Shown here: positions 1-12,105 of the stretch, piece by piece | Layout of the letters: every line of letters starts with the position of its first letter | Position numbering within the stretch: position 1 is the first letter of the stretch | DNA from: a virus | Length of the DNA stretch: 32,075 nt | Direction: 5' to 3' (one strand) | UHGV virus genome: UHGV-2009075 | Program-made: the position numbers and the translations under genes | The notes under the pieces: generated by a model | What the model saw: only the letters and a program-made list of their open reading frames with translations | What the model was told of the DNA's origin: nothing | The model's database searches: none

Positions 1-615
1 ATGAAACGTGTCGGAATAAAGGCTCAGGTCGGATACCGAAGCCCGCGGGCACGTAAAGGCGAGGCCAGTATCGTGTCACCCAACAGGCTCCAGCGACAGT
101 TCAATCCGGATGCTCCTGATGAGCGTTGGGTAACGGACATAACCTACATCAGGACCCACGAAGGCTGGCTGTATCTTGCCGTTGTTGTTGATCTGTTCTC
201 ACGCAAAATTATCGGCTGGTCCATGCAATCCCGGATGACAAAGGACATTGTCCTGAACGCACTGCTGATGGCTGTATGGCGGCGTAATCCCGAAAAACAG
301 GTGCTGGTTCATTCGGATCAGGGCAGTCAGTACACAAGCCATGAGTGGCAGTCGTTCCTGAAATCACACGGCCTGGAGGGTAGCATGAGCCGTCGCGGTA
401 ACTGCCATGATAATGCGGTTGCAGAAAGTTTTTTCCAGTTGTTGAAACGTGAACGGATAAAGAAAAAGATCTACGGAACGCGGGAAGAAGCCCGCAGTGA
501 TATTTTTGATTACATCGAAATGTTTTATAACAGTAAGCGTCGGCATGGTTCTAGCGAACAGATGTCACCGACAGAATATGAAAACCAGTATTATCAACGG
601 CTCGGAAGTGTCTAG
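1..615 (+). CDS. IS3-family transposase OrfB (DDE integrase core), 5'-truncated by window edge
   Basis: Translation contains the rve-type core typical of IS3-family OrfB (WVTDITYIRTHEGWLYLAVVVDLFSRKIIGW ... HSDQGSQYTS ... CHDNAVAESFF). Recognised from memory of the family; exact IS not identified. Confidence 0.85.
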   Translation: MKRVGIKAQVGYRSPRARKGEASIVSPNRLQRQFNPDAPDERWVTDITYIRTHEGWLYLAVVVDLFSRKIIGWSMQSRMTKDIVLNALLMAVWRRNPEKQVLVHSDQGSQYTSHEWQSFLKSHGLEGSMSRRGNCHDNAVAESFFQLLKRERIKKKIYGTREEARSDIFDYIEMFYNSKRRHGSSEQMSPTEYENQYYQRLGSV

Positions 616-650
616 ATTATCCGTGGCGATTCAAGACGCAGTCTTTCCCA
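1..650 (+). mobile_element. IS3-family insertion sequence, right-hand portion (left part lies outside the window); right terminal inverted repeat expected shortly after the transposase stop, exact end not determined
   Basis: Transposase ORF runs to the window edge; the element ends somewhere between 616 and about 660. Boundary is inferred, not seen. Confidence 0.6.
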
Positions 651-666
651 GAATGCACTTAGCCAC

Positions 667-966
667 ATGTGGTACAGCGAAATCAGTGAATACCTCATAA
701 GCAGGGGGAAATCGTTCGCTACTGCAGCATGGGTAAAAGATGCTCTCAAACACACATACCTCGGTTATGAAACCAAAGACCTGGTTGATGTCGTAACCGG
801 TGAAATCACCACTATTCAGTCGTTACGCCATACCTCCGATCTTGATACCGGAGAGATGTATGTCTTCCTGTGTAAGGTTGAAGCCTGGGCGATGAATATT
901 GGCTGCCACCTGACTATTCCGCCGAGCTGCGAGTTCCAGCTGCTGCGCGACAAGCAGGAGGCGTAA
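667..966 (+). CDS. nin-region protein, probably the C-terminal portion of a YbcN-like gene truncated by the upstream IS insertion
   Basis: ORF immediately upstream of ninE, stop overlaps the ninE start (TAATG). The same frame stays open back to the transposase stop with no SD before ATG 667, consistent with a disrupted gene. Identity is a recollection of DLP12 gene order, not verified. Confidence 0.45.
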   Translation: MWYSEISEYLISRGKSFATAAWVKDALKHTYLGYETKDLVDVVTGEITTIQSLRHTSDLDTGEMYVFLCKVEAWAMNIGCHLTIPPSCEFQLLRDKQEA

Positions 967-1136
967 TGGCTACACCGCTTATTCGTGTCATGAATGGGCA
1001 CATTTACAGAGTACCAAATCGTCGTAAGCGTAAACCTGAGCTGAAGCCTTCCGAAATACCAACACTGCTCGGATATACCGCCAGCCTGGTTGATAAAAAA
1101 TGGTTGCGACTGGCAGCAAGGAGGAATCATGGCTGA
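966..1136 (+). CDS. ninE: NinE-family small protein (56 aa, below the ORF-track cutoff)
   Basis: Hand-translated: [56 protein letters not shown]. Basic, lambda NinE-like, in the expected position between the nin fragment and ybcO. Confidence 0.65.
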   Translation: MATPLIRVMNGHIYRVPNRRKRKPELKPSEIPTLLGYTASLVDKKWLRLAARRNHG

Positions 1137-1419
1137 TTTGAGAAAAGCAGCGCGTGGTCGGGAATGCCAGGTAAGAATCCCTGGCGTATGTAATGGCAAC
1201 CCTGAAACGTCTGTACTGGCACATATCCGGCTGGCTGGATTGTGCGGCACCGGTATTAAACCGCCAGACCTTATTGCCACCATTGCCTGTTCTGCCTGTC
1301 ACGACGAAATCGACCGCCGCACGCATTTTGTCGATGCTGAGTACGCAAAAGAATGCGCGCTGGAAGGTATGGCGAGAACGCAGGTTATCTGGCTGAAAGA
1401 GGGGGTTATTAAGGCGTGA
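1129..1419 (+). CDS. ybcO: YbcO-like (DUF1364) putative nuclease of lambdoid nin regions
   Basis: ATG at 1129 preceded by AGGAGG; product begins [23 protein letters not shown], with Cys-rich motifs. The track's start at 1090 is an upstream in-frame extension. Stop overlaps the rusA start. Confidence 0.8.
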   Translation: MADLRKAARGRECQVRIPGVCNGNPETSVLAHIRLAGLCGTGIKPPDLIATIACSACHDEIDRRTHFVDAEYAKECALEGMARTQVIWLKEGVIKA

Positions 1420-1778
1420 ATACCTACAGCATCACATTACCCTGGCCTCCGAGCAATAATCGCTATTACCGCCATAATCGCGGGCGCACGCACGTCAGCG
1501 CAGAGGGGCAGGCATACCGCGATAACGTCGCCCGAATCATTAAAAACGCAATGCTGGATATCGGCCTGGCTATGCCTGTGAAAATCCGCATTGAGTGCCA
1601 CATGCCGGATCGCCGTCGCCGTGACCTGGATAATCTGCAAAAAGCCGCTTTTGACGCACTCACTAAAGCAGGTTTCTGGCTGGATGATGCTCAGGTCGTT
1701 GATTACCGCGTTGTGAAGATGCCTGTTACCAAAGGTGGGAGGCTGGAACTGACCATCACCGAAATGGGGAATGAATGA
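1416..1778 (+). CDS. rusA: Holliday junction resolvase RusA
   Basis: 120-aa product [24 protein letters not shown] ... matches remembered E. coli RusA over its whole length; GTG start overlapping ybcO stop. Confidence 0.9.
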   Translation: MNTYSITLPWPPSNNRYYRHNRGRTHVSAEGQAYRDNVARIIKNAMLDIGLAMPVKIRIECHMPDRRRRDLDNLQKAAFDALTKAGFWLDDAQVVDYRVVKMPVTKGGRLELTITEMGNE

Positions 1779-1915
1779 TGTTTGAGTTTTATATGGCAGA
1801 ACTTCTTCGCCACCGCTGGGGGCATCTGCGCTTATATCGTTTCCCCGGTTCTGTTTTGACCGATTACCGAATACTGAAGAATTACGCCAAAACCCTGACA
1901 GGAGCAGGAGTATGA
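1775..1915 (+). CDS. ylcG: YlcG-like small protein (46 aa)
   Basis: Hand-translated [46 protein letters not shown]; ATG overlaps the rusA stop. Below the ORF-track size cutoff. Confidence 0.6.
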   Translation: MMFEFYMAELLRHRWGHLRLYRFPGSVLTDYRILKNYAKTLTGAGV

Positions 1916-2000
1916 AGTCAGAGATAACAATCAACTAATACTGTTTTGTTGATTTTTGCTTGTAATTGGCGTTCTGGTCTGATTTTTGTGGAGTAAGTTG

Positions 2001-2384
2001 ATGCGTGATATTCAGATGGTTCTTGAGCGTTGGGGAGCGTGGGCGGCTAATAATCATGAAGATGTGACCTGGTCGTCCATTGCCGCCGGTTTTAAGGGAT
2101 TAATTCCTTCAAAAGTAAAATCTCGCCCGCAATGTTGTGACGATGACGCGATGATCATTTGCGGGTGCATGGCCCGTCTGAAAAAGAACAACAGCGATTT
2201 GCACGATTTATTAGTAGATTATTATGTAGTCGGTATGACATTCATGTCACTGGCAGGTAAGCATTGCTGCTCTGATGGTTATATCGGGAAAAGGTTACAA
2301 AAGGCTGAGGGCATAATTGAAGGGATGTTAATGGCATTAGATATCCGGTTAGAGATGGATATCGTTGTTAATAACTCTAATTAA
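2001..2384 (+). CDS. quuD: Late-gene antiterminator Q (DLP12 QuuD type)
   Basis: 127-aa product [24 protein letters not shown] ... with Cys-rich zinc-binding region. ATG at 2001; the track start at 1986 is a TTG extension. Confidence 0.85.
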   Translation: MRDIQMVLERWGAWAANNHEDVTWSSIAAGFKGLIPSKVKSRPQCCDDDAMIICGCMARLKKNNSDLHDLLVDYYVVGMTFMSLAGKHCCSDGYIGKRLQKAEGIIEGMLMALDIRLEMDIVVNNSN

Positions 2385-2404
2385 TACGCCAATTATTTAC
2401 TAAA

Positions 2405-2560
2405 AGTTATTAAAAATGGGGCGTTGAAACGCCCCCAAAAATACAGGGTAATATATAACAGAAGGTTTGTATAGTTAGAAGCAAGGTTGTGCTTCTAAAG
2501 GAAGTGGCTTGAGGGAGCCACTTATATGTTGGGGAGGCAAAGCCTCCCACAACATATCTT
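2405..2560 (-). terminator. Cluster of four stem-loops between Q and the convergent porin gene; the GC-rich hairpin at 2418-2435 reads as an intrinsic terminator on the minus strand
   Basis: Hairpins ggggcgttgaaacgcccc (2418-2435), gaagcaaggttgtgcttc (2478-2495), gtggcttgagggagccac (2503-2520) and an imperfect long palindrome at 2524-2557. On the minus strand the 2418-2435 stem is followed by a T-tract. Confidence 0.6.
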
Positions 2561-2572
2561 TTAGTAATCAAA

Positions 2573-3655
2573 TTAGAACTGGTAAACCATACCTACAGCA
2601 ACGATATCATCGGTAGCAACGCCAGATGCTTTCGTGAAATCGCTCTTATCAATCAGGTTGATTTTGTAGTCAACAAAAGTGGACATATTTTTGTTGAAGT
2701 AATAGGTTGCACCTACATCAACATATTCAACCAGGTCCTGATCACCCCAAACACCCAAGTCTTTTCCTTTAGAATGCAGGTAAGCAACGGATGGACGCAG
2801 GCCGAAGTCGAACTGATATTGTGCAACAGCTTCGAAGTTTTGTGCTTTGTTGGCAATATGGTTATTACCAAAAACAGTCATGTTCTGGGTTTCAGAATAG
2901 GTGGTGGCCAGATAGATGTTGTTCGCATCATATTTCAGACCAGCTGCCCATACTTCAGCATTTTGACCAGAAGCATTCAGACCGTTGTTACCGTAGATAA
3001 CCTGATTATTAGTGCGATCAGATTTAGCATAGGTTGCACCCACGCCGAATCCTTCATACTCATAAGTAGTTGAGAAACCGAAACCATCGCCATTAGCTTC
3101 AGTTACTTCATTTCGGTCATTTTTGCCCTGATACTGAGCTGCAAAGTTCAGGCCATCAACCAGACCAAAGAAGTCGTTGTTACGATAAGTTGCAACACCT
3201 GTGGTGCGACCAGTCATGAATACATCTGTTTGGGTCCAGGTATCGCCACCGAATTCTGGCAGAACGTCGGTCCATGCACCAATATCGTATGCTACACCGT
3301 AGTTACGGCCATAATCGATGGAGCCGTAGTCACCGAATTTCAGGCCAGCGAAGGCAAGACGGGTTTTATCTTTGGAGGAACCTTGAGATTCAGCGCGGTT
3401 GCCTTTGAATTCATATTCCCACTGACCGAAACCAGTCAGTTGATCGTTGATTTGGGTTTCACCTTTGAAGCCAAGACGGGCATAAGTAGTATCACCATCA
3501 TCTGCATCATTAGAGGAGAAGTAGTGCTTAGCATTAACTTTCCCGTACAGATCCAGCTTGTTACTGTCTTTATTATAAATTTCAGCTGCCTGAGCAGACA
3601 TCGCCATCAGTACTGATGCAGCTACAGCAGAAATTGCCACTGTTAATTTTTTCAT
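2573..3655 (-). CDS. nmpC: Outer-membrane general porin, OmpC/OmpF superfamily, NmpC/Lc (phage-encoded) type, with signal peptide
   Basis: 360-aa product with signal peptide [30 protein letters not shown] and C-terminal beta-barrel signature ...VAVGMVYQF; ATG confirmed at 3653-3655 on the reverse strand. Closely resembles remembered NmpC. Confidence 0.85.
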   Translation of the reverse strand: MKKLTVAISAVAASVLMAMSAQAAEIYNKDSNKLDLYGKVNAKHYFSSNDADDGDTTYARLGFKGETQINDQLTGFGQWEYEFKGNRAESQGSSKDKTRLAFAGLKFGDYGSIDYGRNYGVAYDIGAWTDVLPEFGGDTWTQTDVFMTGRTTGVATYRNNDFFGLVDGLNFAAQYQGKNDRNEVTEANGDGFGFSTTYEYEGFGVGATYAKSDRTNNQVIYGNNGLNASGQNAEVWAAGLKYDANNIYLATTYSETQNMTVFGNNHIANKAQNFEAVAQYQFDFGLRPSVAYLHSKGKDLGVWGDQDLVEYVDVGATYYFNKNMSTFVDYKINLIDKSDFTKASGVATDDIVAVGMVYQF

Positions 3656-4083
3656 CGTGAGCCCTTTTTTTTGAACTATTATTAAAAAATGATGTCACTG
3701 CGCGATAAATATTCATCTAATCAATGTGATTATTTCAAGATGTAAGTTTTGGTTTCTCGTTTAATTTGTGAAGTAGATCTCTATTTTTATCTGAACTTTT
3801 TTCTATCGAATCCTATTCATGGCTCTTGGCTGAATAAAAATAAATCTATTAGCCAATTTATATTAATGGCTGTTATTTATAAGTGCTCTATAATTTGAAG
3901 GTTCAATTTAAATTGGCTAAAAATAACGCTGGAAATTATTTGTTGGTTATTTGTTGAGATTTGCTTATGTATTTGTAGTGGTGTTTTCAATACTCGGTAG
4001 CATTCTCGCAAATATCATTTAGTGGTTTACGTACGTAAAAAATTGGTTATGCTGTTAAGAGTGGTTACTTCGTCACACAGCGT

Positions 4084-4116
4084 AAACCCGCCGTCGAGCG
4101 GGTTTTTCCATTTTTT
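4084..4116 (+). terminator. Intrinsic terminator just upstream of the holin gene, plausibly the tR-prime-like terminator of the late promoter leader
   Basis: Stem aaacccgc/gcgggttt with 6-nt loop followed by ttccatttttt. The late promoter itself should lie in roughly 3960-4080 but I could not assign -35/-10 boxes confidently. Confidence 0.55.
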
Positions 4117-4228
4117 GAGTCTCGATATTAGCTGATAACCCAATACCTGAGTTATTCACTGACTCCGAGTCTGTTACGTTTCGTAGTATTCCCTCAATTT
4201 ACACCCGCTTTGTCTGCGAGGTGGGGTT

Positions 4229-4444
4229 ATGAAATCCATGGATAAGTTAACAACGGGTGTCGCCTATGGCACCTCAGCAGGTAGTGCCGGGTACTGGTTT
4301 TTACAGCTGCTCGATAAAGTCACGCCCTCACAGTGGGCAGCAATAGGTGTGCTGGGTAGCCTGGTATTTGGCCTGCTGACGTACCTGACAAACCTTTATT
4401 TCAAGATTAAAGAAGATAAGCGCAAGGCTGCGAGAGGTGAATAA
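4229..4444 (+). CDS. Class II holin (phage 21 S-type pinholin) with dual-start motif
   Basis: 71-aa product [26 protein letters not shown] ... resembles remembered S21/EssD. Met1-Lys-Ser-Met4 is the classic antiholin/holin dual start; two predicted TM segments. Confidence 0.85.
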
Positions 4445-4941
4445 TGCCTCCATCATTACGAAAAGCTGTTGCTGCTGCTATTGGTGGCGGGGCTATTGCT
4501 ATAGCATCTGTGTTAATCACTGGCCCAAGTGGTAACGATGGTCTGGAAGGTGTGAGACATAATCCTTACAAAGACATAGTTGGTGTATGGACTGTATGTT
4601 ACGGGCATACAGGAAAAGACATCATTCCCGGTAAAACGTATACCGAAGCAGAGTGCAAAGCCCTCCTGAATAAAGACCTTGCCACTGTCGCCAGACAAAT
4701 TAACCGGTACATCAAAGTCGATATACCGGAAACAACGCGCGGCGCTCTTTACTCGTTCGTCTACAACGTGGGTGCTGGCAATTTCAGAACATCGACGCTT
4801 CTTCGCAAAATAAACCAGGGTGATATTAAAGGCGCATGTGATCAGCTACGGCGCTGGACATACGCTGGCGGTAATCAATGGAAAGGACTGATGACTCGCC
4901 GTGAGATTGAGCGTGAAGTCTGTTTGTGGGGGAAACAATGA
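4444..4941 (+). CDS. SAR endolysin (T4-lysozyme-like, GH24) with N-terminal signal-anchor-release domain
   Basis: N-terminal Gly/Ala-rich weakly hydrophobic segment ([20 protein letters not shown]) followed by the lysozyme catalytic region [26 protein letters not shown] overlaps the holin stop. Confidence 0.9.
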   Translation: MPPSLRKAVAAAIGGGAIAIASVLITGPSGNDGLEGVRHNPYKDIVGVWTVCYGHTGKDIIPGKTYTEAECKALLNKDLATVARQINRYIKVDIPETTRGALYSFVYNVGAGNFRTSTLLRKINQGDIKGACDQLRRWTYAGGNQWKGLMTRREIEREVCLWGKQ

Positions 4942-5396
4942 GCAGAGTAACCGCGATTATCTCCGCTCTGGTTATCTGCATCATCGTCTGCCTGTCATTG
5001 GCTGTTAATCATTACCGTGATAACGCAATCGCCTACAAAGAGCAGCGCGATAACAAGGCCAGTGAACTGGAGAAGGCGAACGCCACCATCGCTGACATGC
5101 GGAAGCGTCAACGTGATGTAGCAGAACTCGACGCAAGATACACAAAGGAGCTTGCTGATGCTAACGCGACTATCGAAAGTCTCCGTGCTGATGTTTCTGC
5201 TGGGCGTAAGCGCCTGCAAGTCGCCGCCACCTGTGCAAAGTCAACGACCGGAGCCAGCGGCATGGGCGATGGAGAAAGCCCAGGACTTACAGCAGATGCT
5301 GAACTCAATTATTACCGTCTCCGAAGTGGAATCGACAAGATAACCGCGCAGGTTAACTACCTGCAGGAATACATCAGGACGCAATGCCTGAAATAA
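4938..5396 (+). CDS. Rz i-spanin (inner-membrane spanin subunit)
   Basis: ATG at 4938 overlapping the endolysin stop (ATGA); N-terminal TM helix then coiled-coil-rich periplasmic domain. Track start at 4926 is a GTG extension. Confidence 0.8.
   Translation: MSRVTAIISALVICIIVCLSLAVNHYRDNAIAYKEQRDNKASELEKANATIADMRKRQRDVAELDARYTKELADANATIESLRADVSAGRKRLQVAATCAKSTTGASGMGDGESPGLTADAELNYYRLRSGIDKITAQVNYLQEYIRTQCLK
5158..5343 (+). CDS. Rz1 o-spanin (outer-membrane lipoprotein) embedded in the +1 frame of Rz
   Basis: ORF wholly inside Rz; from ATG 5158 the product [20 protein letters not shown] has a lipobox-like VSAC at residues 17-20 followed by a Pro-rich segment. Track start at 5152 is TTG. Confidence 0.65.
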   Translation: MLTRLSKVSVLMFLLGVSACKSPPPVQSQRPEPAAWAMEKAQDLQQMLNSIITVSEVESTR

Positions 5397-5427
5397 TTTT
5401 TTTGCAAATCACAAAGTCCATTTAATG

Positions 5428-5457
5428 AGCCTCGCGATGCGGGGCTTTTTTTACATC
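5428..5457 (+). terminator. Intrinsic terminator downstream of Rz/Rz1
   Basis: Stem gcctcgc/gcggggc (one G-U pair) with loop gat, followed by a run of T. Confidence 0.6.
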
Positions 5458-5601
5458 TGAATTTCACAGCGCATCTCACGCGCATATTACATCACCCGAG
5501 CCTTTCAGAAAGTTGAGCCTGAGAACTGCCGTATATGGTGGCGACCATCTCGGGGCGGCTTTTCTGTGAGACAGGCTCACTTTCTAAAAGGTAAAGACGC
5601 T

Positions 5602-6090
5602 ATGAACCAATTAGAAGAAAAGCTTCAAAGAATGATTTCCTTATACAAGGAAGATAACTGCCAAAAAGTTCCTGAAAACATCGCAGAGTTAATGGAATTG
5701 GCAAGTGAATTTTCTGGCATGCTTAAGTCGTCAGGTGTTCGGTCAGCGTTCTTTGTTGAAATGCTGATGCACGGCGGACTTATGGCAACAATGAGACGTG
5801 TAATGGAAGACCAGAGAAAAGAACCTCCTCAGGTATACGTTTTGTCATCGAAGAAAACTGGGCTAACCAAAATTGGGTATTCATCCAACATTCCACAACG
5901 CATCAAATCGCTTGGCAACTCTGGACCAGACTGCTTGAAGCTTGAGTGCCTGATCCCTGGTGGAAGAGAAACTGAAAACATGCTTCATCGCAAATTTGCC
6001 GCAAAGAGAAAGCACGGTGAATGGTTCGCCCTGTCCAAGGATGACATTGAGGGATTGAAATCTGTAGCGATTACTTCTGATGGCTATTAA
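5602..6090 (+). CDS. Protein with C-terminal T5orf172 (MUG113-like, GIY-YIG superfamily) domain; function unknown, AT-rich moron
   Basis: C-terminal segment VYVLSSKKTGLTKIGYSSNIPQRIKSLGNSGP ... ECLIPGGRETENMLHRKFAAKRKHGEWFAL fits my recollection of the T5orf172 motif pattern. ATG 5602 preferred over the track's GTG 5566; start not certain. Domain assignment unverified. Confidence 0.6.
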   Translation: MNQLEEKLQRMISLYKEDNCQKVPENIAELMELASEFSGMLKSSGVRSAFFVEMLMHGGLMATMRRVMEDQRKEPPQVYVLSSKKTGLTKIGYSSNIPQRIKSLGNSGPDCLKLECLIPGGRETENMLHRKFAAKRKHGEWFALSKDDIEGLKSVAITSDGY

Positions 6091-6768
6091 TGCTTGTTTA
6101 GAGCAATTTTCATAACAACTCTTCATTACAAAGCCCATCTACTGGTGGGCTTGATAATGAAACCGTGATTTACATCCCCACAATCCGGGTATGTAAAAGA
6201 TAGTTCAGGCGAGAACGGATTTAACTAAATCTGTGCGCCACCAGTTAACGGCAGTACCACGAAACAACCCAAGCCAGTAAGTGGGGAAATAACACCGGCA
6301 GCCACTGAAAGATGAACCTCCTGCCTTATGGCAAAAAAGATTCTTTGTGGTGGCGGACTGATGGAAAGACATCCTAATTTCAGCCAAACATTGAAGGAGT
6401 TGTTATGTCAGCAGAAGGTTTCAATAACCCATCAAAATTCCGGGATGAGTGGGATAGCAGCGTAAAGAGTAAGTGATGCCATCACAAAAGCCATTCCCTA
6501 CAGAGTGGCTTTGATAATGGCTTATACCCTACACGGGATAACTTAACTGATATCCCTTTTAAAGGATAAAGGTATTCAAGCCTGACACATCATGCGCTGT
6601 ATCGTCGCCGTATTCCCGTATTAACAGAGACCGTAGCCCGACGGGGAACTCCTTCTGCGCGAGTGTGCGGGAATAATCAAAAACGATGCACACCGGGGTT
6701 ACCGGGTACACATATTTCATCATGCCAGCGAGTCCGGTTCTGGCACGGAAGAAACCGGACGTTATGAT

Positions 6769-7179
6769 TTAGTGCGGAAATATTTGTGTAGTGTTCTGAA
6801 TGTTCTCAGTAAAGAGTAATGAATTATCAAAGGTATAGTAATACCTTTTGTTTTCGTGGATATTTGTAATCCATCTGAAAACCCCTGCTGTAGCAAGATT
6901 TTTCCTGTATTCGTAAAATGATAACTCTCCTGATTTGAATCCTTTTAATGTGGCTTCTATAAGGCATTTATTTTTTGAAAATCTTACATTTACAACCTTA
7001 CCCTGTCCTTTTATTAAAACCGTATTATCGTTTTCAAGAACAAGATGAATATTCTCTGTGGCTAAATAGTAAATGTAATGTGAGACATTGTGACGTTTTA
7101 GTTCAGAATAAAACCAGTGATAGTTTAAATTATTTCGCACTTTATCGAATATTTGTTTAAAAATGGCAACCTGAGCCAT
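6769..7179 (-). CDS. YbcV-like (DUF1398-type) lambdoid accessory protein, function unknown
   Basis: AT-rich ORF; two in-frame ATGs (7194 and 7179), the second preceded by GGAAGG at good spacing. Product [51 protein letters not shown] ... resembles what I recall of DLP12 YbcV. Confidence 0.6.
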   Translation of the reverse strand: MAQVAIFKQIFDKVRNNLNYHWFYSELKRHNVSHYIYYLATENIHLVLENDNTVLIKGQGKVVNVRFSKNKCLIEATLKGFKSGELSFYEYRKNLATAGVFRWITNIHENKRYYYTFDNSLLFTENIQNTTQIFPH

Positions 7180-7236
7180 TGTAGTACCTTCCATGTGATA
7201 TGAAGGTACCTAGTCTGCACGATTATCTAAATTGCT

Positions 7237-7470
7237 TCAATCTGGTCTGACCTGCTTTCTGAGCAATTCAGTAATGTCACTCTTTTCTTTGTTTGCTTCA
7301 GGCGAAACTCTTTTTTCTGAGCACAGTCTTCGGCGGCAGGCTTCAATGACCCAGGCTGAGAAATTCCCGGACCCTTTTTGATCAAGAGCGATGTTAATTT
7401 GTTCAATCATTTGGTTAGGAAAGCGGATGTTGCGGGTTGTTGTTCTGCGGGTTCTGTTCTTCGTTGACAT
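7237..7470 (-). CDS. Small ribbon-helix-helix-like DNA-binding protein
   Basis: 77-aa product; RNIRFPNQMIEQINIALDQKGSGNFSAWVIEACRRRL has the alternating beta-strand plus two-helix pattern of RHH (CopG/Arc) proteins. Sits immediately upstream of the YbcV-like gene on the same strand. Confidence 0.6.
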   Translation of the reverse strand: MSTKNRTRRTTTRNIRFPNQMIEQINIALDQKGSGNFSAWVIEACRRRLCSEKRVSPEANKEKSDITELLRKQVRPD

Positions 7471-7669
7471 GAGGTTGTCCCGTATTCAGTGTCGCTGATT
7501 TGTATTGTCTGAAGTTGTTTTTACGTTAAGTTGATGCAGATCAATTAATATGATACCTGCGTCATAATTGATTATTTGACGTGGTTTGATGGCGTAGATG
7601 CACGTTGTGACATGCAGATGATAATTATTATCATTTTGCGGGTCCTTTCCGGCGATCCGACAGGTTACG

Positions 7670-7681
7670 GGGCGGCGACCT
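7670..7681 (+). other. cosN cohesive-end sequence (12-nt GGGCGGCGACCT) of the lambda-type cos site; cosQ lies upstream and cosB (terminase small-subunit and IHF sites) between here and Nu1
   Basis: Exact GGGCGGCGACCT preceded by ...GATCCGACAGGTTACG, matching the remembered lambda genome ends; Nu1 begins about 190 bp downstream as in lambda. Confidence 0.8.
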
Positions 7682-7858
7682 CGCGGGTTTTTGCTATTTA
7701 TGAAAATTTTCCGGTTTAAGGTGTTTCCGTTCTTCTTCGTCGTAACTTAATGTTTTTATTTAAAATACCCCCTGAAAAGAAAGGAAACGACAGGTGCTGA
7801 AAACGAGCTTTTGGGCCTTTGTCGTTTCCTTTCTCTGTTTTTGGCCGTGGAATGAACA

Positions 7859-8378
7859 ATGGAAGTCAACAAAAAGCAGCTGGCTGACATTTTCGGTGCG
7901 AGTATCCGTACCATTCAGAACTGGCAGGAACAGGGAATGCCCGTTCTGCGAGGCGGTGGCAAGGGTAATGAGGTGCTTTATGACTCTGCCGCCGTCATAA
8001 AATGGTATGCCGAAAGGGATGCTGAAATTGAGAACGAAAAGCTGCGCCGGGAGGTTGAAGAACTGCGGCAGGCCAGCGAGGCAGATCTCCAGCCAGGGAC
8101 TATTGAGTACGAACGCCATCGACTTACGCGTGCGCAGGCCGACGCACAGGAACTGAAGAATGCCAGAGACTCCGCTGAAGTGGTGGAAACCGCATTCTGT
8201 ACTTTCGTGTTGTCGCGGATCGCAGGTGAAATTGCCAGTATTCTCGACGGGATCCCCCTGTCGGTGCAGCGGCGTTTTCCGGAACTGGAAAACCGACATG
8301 TTGATTTCCTGAAACGGGATATCATCAAAGCCATGAACAAAGCAGCCGCGCTGGATGAACTGATACCGGGGTTGCTGA

Positions 8379-8404
<26 letters not shown>
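7859..8404 (+). CDS. nu1: Terminase small subunit Nu1
   Basis: 181-aa product MEVNKKQLADIFGASIRTIQNWQEQGMPVLRGGGKGNEVLYD ... matches remembered lambda Nu1. Confidence 0.95.

Positions 8405-12085
<3,681 letters not shown>

Positions 12086-12105
<20 letters not shown>

Noticed and set aside
3656-4083. Late promoter (pR-prime-like) and Q-utilisation site upstream of the holin
   Set aside because: A promoter must exist here or just after Q, but I could not identify convincing -35/-10 hexamers by eye, so I report only the downstream terminator rather than a promoter feature.
5566-5601. GTG start giving a 174-aa version of the T5orf172-like protein
   Set aside because: No ribosome-binding site upstream of the GTG; ATG at 5602 has a purine-rich stretch upstream. 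Start is still uncertain, so I kept the shorter call.
6205-6387. 60-codon ORF on the minus strand in the spacer
   Set aside because: No recognisable SD, and its product (Cys/Trp/Arg-rich) looks like random translation; it overlaps the better-supported small plus-strand ORF region.
6975-7160. 61-codon plus-strand ORF
   Set aside because: Entirely antisense to the AT-rich YbcV-like gene; AT-rich sequence is open in many frames by chance.
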